Positions 1 through 9,863 of a DNA stretch of 64,000 nucleotides are shown piece by piece (positions within the stretch are counted from its first letter, which is position 1; each line of letters begins with the position of its first letter). The notes beneath the pieces were generated by a model. The model saw only the letters and a program-made list of their open reading frames with translations, had not been told where the DNA came from and did not search any database. Location: positions 3,904,001 through 3,968,000 of the forward strand of contig OZ244252.1 of NCBI GenBank assembly GCA_965217185.1, given 5' to 3'. The DNA is from an uncultured Candidatus Entotheonella sp. (GTDB taxonomy: Bacteria > Tectomicrobia > Entotheonellia > Entotheonellales > Entotheonellaceae). Position numbers and translations under genes: made by a program.

Positions 1-189
1 CCTTGAACTTGTCACATTCATATGTACAAACCAGACAGGAATTCGGCGACCTGATCACTCAATCAGATAAACCCGTCTTCATCTTTCCCGACAATGCAAG
101 GAAAATCATCCCAGATCCCGTAAGGAAAGACATAAGCATGACGGGGCGTTGCTGGAAGGTAACCGTCCCGGTGCAGATAGTCCGTTGTT

Positions 190-292
190 AATTGGAGCGG
201 GAAAGGGCGTCATCGGTGTTCATTCGGGAGTGCCTTGATGCCCGCGCCGCAATGGGCAGCCAGCGTTCGATCAGGCGGGTGTCTTCAGGCAT
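190..292 (-). pseudogene. 5' relic of a DUF1156-type adenine DNA methyltransferase
   Basis: Minus strand from ATG at 292 reads MPEDTRLIERWLPIAA, then after frameshifts TPMTPFPAP. This matches the remembered DUF1156 N-terminus and lies where that gene normally follows DUF499 loci. Not in the ORF track. Confidence 0.7.
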
Positions 293-309
293 CGATTTCA
301 AGCCCGGTG

Positions 310-972
310 TCAAATGCCATCACTGACCGTATCCTCATCCGCAGCGTGGAACAGCTTTCTGAACCAGCTTAGGAAAGCTTCGGAACCTGGGCTGTCATGG
401 TGGAAATAACCGGCTCTGAGCGCGGAACCGTATGGAAGCCCTGGTTCTTCGCACCAGGCCAGCCATGCCCGCAGTTCTGCTTTCCGTGTTGCGTTGACTG
501 GAAATGCTGCGCCCAGTTCCTGGGCTTGATTTGTGGCGCTTCGGGCGTGCGACAGCAAGGGGTCTGTCGGGTTGATGAGGTCGATGAGGAAGTCTTCTAG
601 CGCGCCTTCACGCCGATTGTCCGGCATCAACCAGACGCCGGTGCGAGTCTGAAATGGCTCGCAGAAATCAATATATCCTGCTGCCGGGAGATCTGCGGGT
701 GGCGTGAGCCCCACGCTGGCAAGGCGACTCGAGACCGCGCGCCAACGGTCGTTGGATGATGCATTGGCATCCAGCACGAACCCGACGGCGTGGCCGGTGC
801 CGAACTTGATTGCGATATCGACGCTGTCTATCAACCTGTCTACACCGCCTGTCTCTTTGATCTCCGGGAACCAGGGAGCCATGGGGTTCAGTTGCCGGGT
901 TGCCAGCAAATGAAAAAGTGCGTGGTAATCGTCCTTCCCTTCGACGTGAAGGTGCGATTGCTGATTCGCCAC
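310..972 (-). CDS. DUF3226-like (Toprim-like) protein, partner of upstream AAA ATPase
   Basis: 220 aa with VEGKDD, VLDAN, GVWLMPDN..GALEDF and KA..xAWLAWxEEPG motifs; starts 2 nt after the ATPase stop. Confidence 0.75.
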   Translation of the reverse strand: MANQQSHLHVEGKDDYHALFHLLATRQLNPMAPWFPEIKETGGVDRLIDSVDIAIKFGTGHAVGFVLDANASSNDRWRAVSSRLASVGLTPPADLPAAGYIDFCEPFQTRTGVWLMPDNRREGALEDFLIDLINPTDPLLSHARSATNQAQELGAAFPVNATRKAELRAWLAWCEEPGLPYGSALRAGYFHHDSPGSEAFLSWFRKLFHAADEDTVSDGI

Positions 973-974
973 GG

Positions 975-2072
975 TCAGCGGACCTCGATGTCCTGCTCGA
1001 TCGCTACCGATATCTGTTCTCCGCGCAGGGTGACGGCTTGGGGCAGCGCACGTTCGATCTTCTGGAGGGATACGTCCGAGGCGAGGTCTGGATCATTCTG
1101 CATGAGCGACGCCAACCCTTTGAGGCAGTCGTAACTGTGCGTGGTCGCAAACACCTGGACGTTCGACTGACGTGCGGCGGTGATGACGAAGCGCCAGAGA
1201 TCCTCCATCACGGTCCAGTGAAGTCCAGTGTCGATCTCGTCAATCAGCAGGACACCATTTGCTGAGTCAATGAGCGCCAGGGAAAGATCCAGCAGACGGC
1301 GCATGCCCTCGCCGAAGCTGCCGATGCCGATTCTTGGGCCACCACTTTGTCTGTCAACCAGCACATTATCCATTGACCAATTTCCGGGCAGGAGATGGAT
1401 GGATTCGATGTCTGGCTCCAGAGTCCGGAGTGCATCAATGAGATTGGTTTCACGGCGTTCCCGGATGACCTTCTCCCAGATGTTTCGTATGTCGACCGGG
1501 TACATGGGCGTTGTGCTCAGGAATCGTGACCGGCATTCGGTCTCCCACTGGGTGTAACGTCTCAGTTGATCCGAATAGATCAGGGAACCGTTTTCGGTTA
1601 TTGGGAAAATCGGGAGGGTGCGTTTTAGCGAACTTGCCGTGATTTTTAGACCGACCGTGGGCGCTTCACCAATGTTTCTTGTTACATGTTGGATGTCTGG
1701 ATCGATGTAGAGTTGATCGTTGCCGACCGTGTTGATTGATACGGTTTCCATGAATAATTTGTTTCGATTGGACGTCACGGCAAACTTGGTATTCGGTTTC
1801 ACACGGTAGCCGAAGAAAGCCGGGGAGATGTCGAGGATTTCGACATTGCGATCCGGTTGATCCGCGAACCAGAAACCTCGTTGCCGGCGCTGGCTCGCAA
1901 ACTGAGCCAACACCCGCAGGCTGCCGTTGTCGGTCAGCAGGTTGATCGCTTCAAGCACGGATGTCTTGCCGCAATTGTTCTTTCCCACGAGCAGGTTCAC
2001 GCGAGCCAGGTCGTTGAGTGTGTACGACTTGAATCCCCGGTAGCCGTCCAGTTGAAGATCGGTAAGCTTCAT
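975..2072 (-). CDS. AAA/ABC-type ATPase (AAA_15/AAA_21-like)
   Basis: Walker A GKNNCGKTS, signature FGEG, Walker B LLIDEID, TTHS. Confidence 0.85.
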   Translation of the reverse strand: MKLTDLQLDGYRGFKSYTLNDLARVNLLVGKNNCGKTSVLEAINLLTDNGSLRVLAQFASQRRQRGFWFADQPDRNVEILDISPAFFGYRVKPNTKFAVTSNRNKLFMETVSINTVGNDQLYIDPDIQHVTRNIGEAPTVGLKITASSLKRTLPIFPITENGSLIYSDQLRRYTQWETECRSRFLSTTPMYPVDIRNIWEKVIRERRETNLIDALRTLEPDIESIHLLPGNWSMDNVLVDRQSGGPRIGIGSFGEGMRRLLDLSLALIDSANGVLLIDEIDTGLHWTVMEDLWRFVITAARQSNVQVFATTHSYDCLKGLASLMQNDPDLASDVSLQKIERALPQAVTLRGEQISVAIEQDIEVR

Positions 2073-2563
2073 GGTTTCTTCTCACGTTGTTTCGGTTCGG
2101 TCAGCAGAAACCGCAGCGCCGTCAGGACCCGCCGCGGATGCTTGCGGTGCATGGCCATGCCGAGCCAGTAAGCCGCTTCCTCGCGTCCCATGGCTTCGAT
2201 GCCGGCTGCCACCGCCCGCATGTTGTCCCGGCTGCGCATCGGGGCGAGGGCGCGAAACAGCAGCCCCAGCGTCAGCGCCAGGTCTTCGTCGAGCGCGTAG
2301 CCGCGTTTCCTGATACCTGCGCTCCGGCCCAGCTTGACGCCGGTCTGTGAAAGCCGCTTCAGCACGCGGTATTCGACCAACTCCAGGTTGCGGCCCCGGA
2401 GTCCTGCGAGACGCAGTGCCGAGGTGACCTGCGGCGTTGCCGCCGCCGGCAGCTGCCAGATTTCGTACTCGCTGCCGATCGGCCCGCGGCGCCGGACCCG
2501 CAACTCGTAGCGGGGCGCCGAGCTTGGCGTTTCGATCTGGGCGATTCTCTCCAGCCGGGCCAT
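2069..2563 (-). CDS. Small conserved protein associated with DUF499 systems
   Basis: 164 aa overlapping both neighbours; C-terminal EEAAYWLGM..RRVLTALRFLL motif; typical position after a DUF499 ATPase. Confidence 0.6.
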   Translation of the reverse strand: MARLERIAQIETPSSAPRYELRVRRRGPIGSEYEIWQLPAAATPQVTSALRLAGLRGRNLELVEYRVLKRLSQTGVKLGRSAGIRKRGYALDEDLALTLGLLFRALAPMRSRDNMRAVAAGIEAMGREEAAYWLGMAMHRKHPRRVLTALRFLLTEPKQREKKP

Positions 2564-5500
2564 TAGGCCTTGACCTCAGCAGCGGCGAACACATAGGCAG
2601 CGCCACCGGCAAATCGGGCCAGCCGCTCGGTCAGCTTCTCCGCAGCGTCACCCTGCATGGAAAGCCCGTCCGTAAAGACCAGCTCGAAACCTGCTTGGAG
2701 GCTTTGGGAACTGGCATCGCGCAACTGCGGTTCCAGAAACTCCCTGACCGGTTGTGCATCCAGCGGCGGTCCTCGGAATTCCAACTCGAAAGACCCGCCG
2801 TCGCGGGTTTCGTAGCCACCCGTAATCGTCACGCTCTTGTCCGCACCCTGCACCGCGCCCACCGCCCCCAGGAGCCGGAAGGCGTCGCCGGGCTCGAACA
2901 TCCGGATGGTCAGCGTGCCGATGACGCCGAGGCCCTTGGCCCGGGCCTGTTCCCATACCTGTGCCAAGGCTTCTCTGAGCAGGCCCTCGGCGGTCAGCCT
3001 ACCAGGCGTCGTATCTGAAACGTAGCCCATCCCCGGACCGGCCGGCGGGTCTGCGACCACACCGCCAGTCGCTCCCTCGACAGGTTGGCCGAATGTTTCC
3101 CCGTCCGGTCCCGCTTCTGAGGTACCCTGCTGTGGGCGCGGCCAGATGCCGGCATTCTTGGCATAGGCCATGGTGAAAACCACGGCCTGTTCGTCGATCT
3201 CAATGCTGGCCGACGGATCGCCCGGGCCAAACAGCAATTCCCCGCGCCGGTAGACATAGGCGCCTTGCTCGATGCCGCGCCTGACGCCGCGAATGAACAG
3301 GTCGTCGCCAATCAGGATAGGCAGGGCCGGGTCGCGCCGGAACTCGTTACGCAGGATCAGCGTGGTGATCTCGCCTTTCTTGAGCGGCGTACGGTCGCGC
3401 ACATAGGTGGGCGAATCAGGCTCGTCTTCGGGAAGCCGCAGCTTGCGGAGGTCACGCAGCACCCGCACGATCTGCTGTTGGCCGGCACCCGGCTGCTCGG
3501 AAGCGGATTGGATGTCGATAGCGGTATGGGCTAGATCCGCGTCGCTCGCCCCCAGCCGGTCGCGCGACGGGTAGAACACGTGCCGGTAACAATGTTGAAT
3601 GGCGAGGGCGAGTTCTTGCTCCGACCGCGCTTCGAGTTCCCGCACCTTGTCTTGCTGGTGCTCCGCGAGCTCGAGGAGACGTTCCGGTTTTTTCAACTCC
3701 CGCAGGGCCAGACGATGGGACATCTTATTTCGCATCTCTTCCCTGCGCTCATCGGCCGCGGCGACGAACACGAGGTTGTTCCGAAACGCCCGCAAGGCGG
3801 AGCCTTCGGAGCCTTTGCGGGCGTGGATGCGGCCGATCAATTCGGGTACGGCGTCAACAGAGTTGCCGACGATCACGCCGTCATAGGCCAGGACAACCAG
3901 CTTCGGGCGCCCATCACCCACCTCGTCCGGAACGTCGAACGGCCCGCCGGGAAAGCAGATCGCGTCGAAAGCCGCTCCTGAAGCCTTTCCTCTGAAGATA
4001 TCGCGGATGTGATCGTAGAGTTGGGCGCGGGCGTCGCCGGGATCGACGTGCCGCTCCTCGCGTCGAATGATCTGGCGCAGGTTGGCCTCGGCCAGAAAAC
4101 GTATCGGAGCGCCCGGTCGGTCGTCGAGATAGGCGGAATCGGCGATGAATTTCTTACGCGCTTCCTCAATGAAGCTGATATCTAGCGCCGGGCCGACGGC
4201 GGAGTATCGTAGCTGTTCGGCCGGCAGGCCTTTGAGCGGTTCGTTGAAGGCAAGGGTGTGCAGGAAGATGGTGCGGGCGACGTAGGCCGCATACGGCGGC
4301 AGGCCGCCATGATGTTCGGCGTCGATTTCCTGCGCCAGCGCCTTTGCACCGGCGCCTGAGACATCGTTGGCGATGGCCGGCACATAGGCAGTCTGACCGA
4401 GGCGGGTGACGATCTCCTGGCGGATGGGCTCGTGTCCCGGATCGATGTGATGCAGGTGCATGGCGGTGGCGTCGGCAGGCCGTTCTTTCCACAGATGCGC
4501 CAGCGTGCGTGCCAGTAGGCGCAGCATGCCGCGCACCCTTTGGAAATTGCCGAGCGTTGCGGTCTTGCCGGTCAAGGTCGCCAGCACCTCGGGGTGCAAG
4601 GGGTAGCTCGATCGGAACGTCTCGACCGTTTCCGGCCGCGAAGCCTCAGGGGGAAGCGCGTCGCCGCCTGCGGACCACAGGGCACGGTAGGCCTCGATGA
4701 CTGGCGCGGCTTTTTCTTCGTCAATGAACTCGAACAGGCGGCGGCGAAGGACCTGAACCGTCTCGTCTTCTTCGGTGGGATTCAACAGCGTCGCCTTGCG
4801 TGCGGACACGCTTTCGGCTTCCGCCATCCGGTCGGCGATGAACTGGTTCTCTTCGTTGTAGGCGTCACTTGCCCTGCCGTCCTTGCCGATTGCCAGGGTA
4901 TAGACCAGGGCGGCACGGGGAGCGCCTTCAACTGCCTTGAATAGCGAGGTCAAGAAGGCGGTCAGTTGATCGCGGGCGTTGGCAAGGTTGCGTACCTTGC
5001 GCAAATAGACGGACAGTTCGTCGAGCAGGATCAGCGTCGGTTCGCCACCGAATAGCTCCCGCAACGTCTCGGCACCGGGTGCGACATGGTTTTCGTCACT
5101 GACGCGGACCCGTGCGTAGCCGTCCTTGCCGGCGAGGGCGTAGGCGATCTCGCCCCAGGGCGTGTGGGCTAGCACTGCGTCTCCCATAGCCCGGCCGTTG
5201 GCCGGATCGGCATTCTCGCCGTCAAAGGCGGCAACGCGCACGCGTCCGTCCGGGAGCAGGGAGGGATCGATGAATTCCGCGATGTTGGGAACACCCTGCA
5301 AGCCTCTGGCGGCGTGAGCTAAGGCGATCAGCCCGTGCGTTTTGCCGCCGCCGTAGGAGGTGTCGAGGCGAAAAATGGCCGCAGCCTCGCCACCCGCACC
5401 GGTCAGCCGCCGGCACACGTTGAGCAGCAGGTTCCCGAGGCCCCGCGTGGGGTAGGTGTTGGCGAAGAAGCGAGCCGGGTCGAGGTATTCCTGAGGTCCC

Positions 5501-5610
5501 CTGCCGGCGATGACCTGTGCCAGGTCCGCCGCGAAGTCGGCCTCAGCAACCGCTCCCTTGAGAACGTCCGGACGGGGCCGGCAGGTCTCGAATATCGTGG
5601 GGATTGTCAT
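2563..5610 (-). CDS. DUF499-family AAA+ ATPase (BREX-related)
   Basis: 1015 aa with FAADL, FFANTYPT, YGGGKTH, TPWGEIA, LILLDEL, YPLHP and FQRVRGMLR motifs. Confidence 0.88.
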   Translation of the reverse strand: MTIPTIFETCRPRPDVLKGAVAEADFAADLAQVIAGRGPQEYLDPARFFANTYPTRGLGNLLLNVCRRLTGAGGEAAAIFRLDTSYGGGKTHGLIALAHAARGLQGVPNIAEFIDPSLLPDGRVRVAAFDGENADPANGRAMGDAVLAHTPWGEIAYALAGKDGYARVRVSDENHVAPGAETLRELFGGEPTLILLDELSVYLRKVRNLANARDQLTAFLTSLFKAVEGAPRAALVYTLAIGKDGRASDAYNEENQFIADRMAEAESVSARKATLLNPTEEDETVQVLRRRLFEFIDEEKAAPVIEAYRALWSAGGDALPPEASRPETVETFRSSYPLHPEVLATLTGKTATLGNFQRVRGMLRLLARTLAHLWKERPADATAMHLHHIDPGHEPIRQEIVTRLGQTAYVPAIANDVSGAGAKALAQEIDAEHHGGLPPYAAYVARTIFLHTLAFNEPLKGLPAEQLRYSAVGPALDISFIEEARKKFIADSAYLDDRPGAPIRFLAEANLRQIIRREERHVDPGDARAQLYDHIRDIFRGKASGAAFDAICFPGGPFDVPDEVGDGRPKLVVLAYDGVIVGNSVDAVPELIGRIHARKGSEGSALRAFRNNLVFVAAADERREEMRNKMSHRLALRELKKPERLLELAEHQQDKVRELEARSEQELALAIQHCYRHVFYPSRDRLGASDADLAHTAIDIQSASEQPGAGQQQIVRVLRDLRKLRLPEDEPDSPTYVRDRTPLKKGEITTLILRNEFRRDPALPILIGDDLFIRGVRRGIEQGAYVYRRGELLFGPGDPSASIEIDEQAVVFTMAYAKNAGIWPRPQQGTSEAGPDGETFGQPVEGATGGVVADPPAGPGMGYVSDTTPGRLTAEGLLREALAQVWEQARAKGLGVIGTLTIRMFEPGDAFRLLGAVGAVQGADKSVTITGGYETRDGGSFELEFRGPPLDAQPVREFLEPQLRDASSQSLQAGFELVFTDGLSMQGDAAEKLTERLARFAGGAAYVFAAAEVKA

Positions 5611-5908
5611 GGTCTGTTTGTCTAGGTGCTTTCCCGGCGACCGGCCGGTATGGCGTCTGCGCGTTGATCTTGGGGTACTTGGTGACTTCCAGTGGGGTCG
5701 TGATACTGGAATTGCTCATCCCCCGGCCTGCTTGAGGAAGCGCAAATCCGAGGGCAGTATCGTACAGAAGGAGGGCCATTAGCAAGCGGGAGACAGGACA
5801 CGACTGGGGTGTTCGTGATGCCTCTGACTTCCTTGGGGATTATGCCCGGATTTCCGTGTTTCTGGTGGCAGCCGGGATTGGCTGCACCCGGCGATTGAGG
5901 CGGGGGTA

Positions 5909-6811
5909 CCACATGCCCCACACGTGGATCTCGGCGCCCGCGTGCGACTCGACGTGGTGAAACGTTTTGTCCGCCCACTTGCCGTCGCCGGGGTCGACGA
6001 TGACGAGGTGTCCCGATTCGGCGGCGCAGCGGTCCATGTAGGCGGCGGTTTGTTCGAGGCCGTCGTGAAGGGTCTTCTCCAGACTGCCGCGCCGTATTTT
6101 GAGCTCCACGACGAACTTGCGCTTGTGGCCGTGCTGTGGCCACAAAATGACCAAGTCGGCGCGCAACCACCCCATGCCGTGTTCACGCTCGACGCGGCCG
6201 CCGCCATTGACGATGCGCTGCAGGAATGCCTGAAGCAGCAACTTCGGCCAAGCTTCCTGGAAGATGAAACGGCGCGACCAGTGCTCCGAATGCTCGCGGA
6301 AGAAGGTCTGGAAGGCGGCGAGCAGCTTGACGACGTTCAGCCCGCCGTCGGGGTTGACGTACCAGGCGGTTTCCTGCACCAGGCCGGCTTGCACCGCGTA
6401 CGTCAGCTCGCGCCCAGAGGCTCAAGGCTTCCTTGAGCGCTCCATTGGGGCCGGCTTCCTCCAGGATGCCTGCCCGCGCCTCCTTCAGGAACATATCCTG
6501 AAGCGTCAGGTCAGCTCGGGACGCCAACTCGCTGAGAATGGCCCGCAACGCCTCGTGCCTGTCTTCGCGCGCTGCCTGACCGACTTCTACGTTATATACA
6601 CGCAGCGATAATTTCCTGCGGCACCGCTGTTCAGCAGGTCCCGCAGCGCCAGCAGCGAGGAGGTTTTGCCCGTCTGCCGCGGCGCGTGCAGTACAAAATA
6701 CTTCCGCGTACGGATCAGCCCCAGCACGTCGTCGAGGTCGAGTCGTTCGAGGGGCGGGATGTAGTAGTTGTTGGCGGGCTGGATGGGGCCAGCGGTGTTG
6801 AAGAATCGCAT
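5909..6811 (-). pseudogene. AAA-like ATPase/PD-(D/E)XK nuclease fusion, frameshifted and internally deleted
   Basis: N-terminus MRFFNTAGP..HAPRQTGKT; frameshift near 6593; jumps to C-terminal FLQRIVNGGG..RADL..ELK..VWGM. The central region including Walker B is absent. Confidence 0.8.
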
Positions 6812-6829
6812 AGCGGCAGTATAGCAGCT

Positions 6830-8794
6830 TCAAGGGACCGCAGTGAAAGAACCGCTCGATGGCAGCGGACTGATAACCAGCGTCAGGCCCCAGGTGTGCG
6901 GCGCGCCGGCGTCGGGCTGCACGGTGCCGGGGGCGAGAAGCCAGCCGCTGAGGAACGGAGCGTCGTGATCGACGAGGCGGCGGTCGTTGAAATAGTGGCG
7001 CAGCAGCACCTCCTGCATGTAGGCGAGGCGTCGGCTGCCGGACAGCGGGCTGTGCGCGAACACGGTTTGCCAGAGGCGTTCGTGCGGCGGTGGCTCGGGG
7101 CGCTGCGGCGCGTCGGGCAGAACCACGGATACGGCCTGTCCAGGGGCGATGGTGCCGAGGGGCGACGGATTGCCGCGGTGCAGGATGGCGGCGGCGTGCA
7201 GGGGCAGGGCGCCGGGGTTGTCGACCCGGACGCTCAGGCTTCCTGCCTGCCGTTCGGCATGCACCCGCAAGGGCGTCGGGGCCATGCCCTCCAACGAGAA
7301 CGCCCGCAGCGTCCAGGGTCCGAGGTCGATGTGGCGGATGGCCGTCGATTCGGCGGCGGCGACCTCGAGAGCCTCGCCGGCTGGCCCGGCGCCGCGCGTG
7401 AAGGTGTGGCGCATCATCGTTTCGGGCTGTTGCAGAGGCAGGGTGTAGCGCCCGCCGTGCACGGAAAACACCCCGACCGCGCCGCGCAAGCGGCTGTAAC
7501 CGGTGCCGGGCAGCACTTCCAGGGTCGTCAGATCAAACGCCAGGGCCGAACGGTGCAAGCTGTGCTGCGCCAGCAGGCTGTAGCCCGCGGCGGTGAACGC
7601 CAGGAGCAGCAGCGCCACAACGAGGCCGGTCGCGGCGGGGCGCAGGTGCTGCCGTTTGATGACCCAGAAGAGGCCGCCGAGGGCGCCGCAGTAAGCGGTC
7701 AGGAGCACGCCGAGGGTGACGTGCGAGGGGTAGAGCAGGACCGGGCGCGACAGGATTTCGACCGCCGGGTGCCGCTCATCGAGGAGGCCAAGTTCGGCGA
7801 ACACGCGGCTGAAGTCGATACGTTCGGCGGGTTGCAGTATGTCGTGCCACAGGGCCTGGTTGCCGTGCCAGCCGTCCAGAGGCTGGGTAGCGTAATCGAC
7901 CGCCAGAAAGACGACCCGGCCGTTGCCGAAGGCGCGTTGCGCCAGCAGCGGCGCGTCCGCGCTGCCAACCAGCACTTCCCCTTGCGTCAGGCGCGCCCGC
8001 ATGGCGATGAGCGGCGCCGGCTGCAGCGGCACGCCGTAATGCGCCGCCAATTCGGGCAGGCCGTCGCGCTGCTCCACGCCGAGCACCTGCACCGGCAGCA
8101 ACGCCTGCAGGCGCGGTTCTGTGAGCAAGGCGTAACGCGAATCGCTGGCCACTACCAGGGTGCCGCCGCCGGCGATCCACTGCCGCAGCGCCTTCGCCTG
8201 TGATTCCGATAGCGATTGCAGCGACAACCCCTTCAGCACCACGGCTGACACGCTGTCGTAGCCGTACCAGTGCTGCGGCAACTCGTCTTGCGGCAGATAG
8301 ACGATGCGGGTATGGGTGGGCAGCAGCGTCGCCAGAAAATCCAGGCTCAGGTCGCGCGTCAGGCCGAGGATGACCTGTTCGGCGCTCAGGGCTGTTCGCA
8401 GGTTGAGGCTCTGCTGTTGCAGCACCTCCTCGCCGCGGCGCAGAAACACCTCGACGGGTCGGCTGATGCTGGTGATCGGCACCGTGAAGGCGAACCGTTT
8501 GCGCGCCCGATGCGACAGCGATACCGGCTGCGTGAAGCTGGTGACGTGCAGGTCCCTCCGCATCTCGCTGCCGCGCCACACCCGCACGCCCAGCGTGCCG
8601 GTGACCGGCGGCCCGCTGTTGTGCAGCCGCACGATGATCTGGTTCCACTTCTCCAGCCGCACCGTCTCCTGCAGGCCCAGCCGCGCCTCCATCGTCACCT
8701 CGGCCCCCGCCAAGCCCGGCACTGCGGCCCACCACAGGCAGAGGATGAGGCGCTGTATCCATCGCATCGGTTGCTCCCATGCGGGTCGGGTCAT
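6830..8794 (-). CDS. Hypothetical exported/membrane protein with a glutamine-amidotransferase-like extracytoplasmic domain
   Basis: 654 aa; signal-like N-terminus, ALRQWIAGGGTLVV and GNGRVVFLAVD motifs, two TM helices; start may be 8767. Confidence 0.65.
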   Translation of the reverse strand: MTRPAWEQPMRWIQRLILCLWWAAVPGLAGAEVTMEARLGLQETVRLEKWNQIIVRLHNSGPPVTGTLGVRVWRGSEMRRDLHVTSFTQPVSLSHRARKRFAFTVPITSISRPVEVFLRRGEEVLQQQSLNLRTALSAEQVILGLTRDLSLDFLATLLPTHTRIVYLPQDELPQHWYGYDSVSAVVLKGLSLQSLSESQAKALRQWIAGGGTLVVASDSRYALLTEPRLQALLPVQVLGVEQRDGLPELAAHYGVPLQPAPLIAMRARLTQGEVLVGSADAPLLAQRAFGNGRVVFLAVDYATQPLDGWHGNQALWHDILQPAERIDFSRVFAELGLLDERHPAVEILSRPVLLYPSHVTLGVLLTAYCGALGGLFWVIKRQHLRPAATGLVVALLLLAFTAAGYSLLAQHSLHRSALAFDLTTLEVLPGTGYSRLRGAVGVFSVHGGRYTLPLQQPETMMRHTFTRGAGPAGEALEVAAAESTAIRHIDLGPWTLRAFSLEGMAPTPLRVHAERQAGSLSVRVDNPGALPLHAAAILHRGNPSPLGTIAPGQAVSVVLPDAPQRPEPPPHERLWQTVFAHSPLSGSRRLAYMQEVLLRHYFNDRRLVDHDAPFLSGWLLAPGTVQPDAGAPHTWGLTLVISPLPSSGSFTAVP

Positions 8795-8964
8795 CTGCGG
8801 GCGTAACCCGACGTTTCCGAAATTGTTTTGGGGTAAAGAGTCGCTGACAATTTACGCATTGTACTGAGTATTTTTACTCGCCATGATGAGTTGTTTAAGT
8901 ATGCCTGAGGTGGGGCGAAGGGGGAAATACGGCAACGCATAGATTCCAATTGAAGGAGCCAGAC

Positions 8965-9756
8965 ATGACGACAAACACCACGCAGGCCGCCACCCTGTTG
9001 GCGCAGAACCGGCTGCGGGGCGAGCGGCTGCCGGGATTGCCGGAGGCGTGCCGACCGGCGAGCGAGGACGCGGCGTATGCCGTGCAATTTGCGCTGCGCG
9101 AGCAGCTGATCCAGGCCGGCGGCGAGGGCCTGGCCGGCTACAAGATCGGCGCCACGAGCCGGGTGATGCAGGACTATCTGGACATTCACAACCCGTGCGG
9201 CGGCGGGGTGCTGGCGAACGGGGTGCATCCGTCGCCTGCCGAGGTGCCGTACGGCGGTTACGTCCATCCCGGCGTCGAGTGCGAGATCGCCGTGCGGTTG
9301 GCCGCCGACCTGCCGGCGGAGGCGGCGCCGTTTTCGCCGGCGCAGGTCGCCGAGGCGGTCGGGGCGTGCATGGCGGCGATCGAGATCGTCGATGACCGCT
9401 ATGCCGACTGGCGCTCGCTGGATACGCCGACGCTGATCGCCGACGACTTCTTTCAGGCGGGGATTGTCCTGGGGCCCGCCAACACGGACTGGCGCCGCCT
9501 CGACCTCGCCGCGCTGCCGGGCACGATGGTCATCAACGGCCAGGAACGCGGACGGGGCCTGGGCGGCGACGTGCTGGGGCACCCGTTGACGGCGCTGACC
9601 TGGCTGGCCAATCAACTCGCGGCGCACGGCATCGGCTTGCGCAGCGGCCAGGTCGTCCTCACGGGCAGCGTCGTGGCCACCCAATGGGTCGAGCGCGGCG
9701 ACCGGGTGCGGGTGGACGTCGAAGGGCTGGGCGCGGCCGAGGTTGTGTTCGCTTAA
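8965..9756 (+). CDS. 2-keto-4-pentenoate hydratase-like protein (fumarylacetoacetate hydrolase family)
   Basis: AYAVQ, GYKIGATS, VECEIA, AIEIVDDR, GHPL, VLTGS; RBS AAGGAG before ATG 8965. Confidence 0.88.
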   Translation: MTTNTTQAATLLAQNRLRGERLPGLPEACRPASEDAAYAVQFALREQLIQAGGEGLAGYKIGATSRVMQDYLDIHNPCGGGVLANGVHPSPAEVPYGGYVHPGVECEIAVRLAADLPAEAAPFSPAQVAEAVGACMAAIEIVDDRYADWRSLDTPTLIADDFFQAGIVLGPANTDWRRLDLAALPGTMVINGQERGRGLGGDVLGHPLTALTWLANQLAAHGIGLRSGQVVLTGSVVATQWVERGDRVRVDVEGLGAAEVVFA

Positions 9757-9863
9757 CAAACCTTGAACACGGTGCCGCCATAGTAAGCGCCAGTCGCCCC
9801 TTTGCCGCCCGGCGCCGGCGCCGGGAAGCTGAACGCCACCCGTGCTTCGGAGGAAATCACACC

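Noticed and set aside
3..191. 62-aa ORF at the window start
   Set aside because: No motif, RBS or context supports it as a gene.
170..195. dif-like site at the DUF1156 relic breakpoint (GGTGCAGATAG..TGTTAATT); similar weak hits at ~5827 and ~55865
   Set aside because: Arm spacing does not fit the 11-6-11 architecture.
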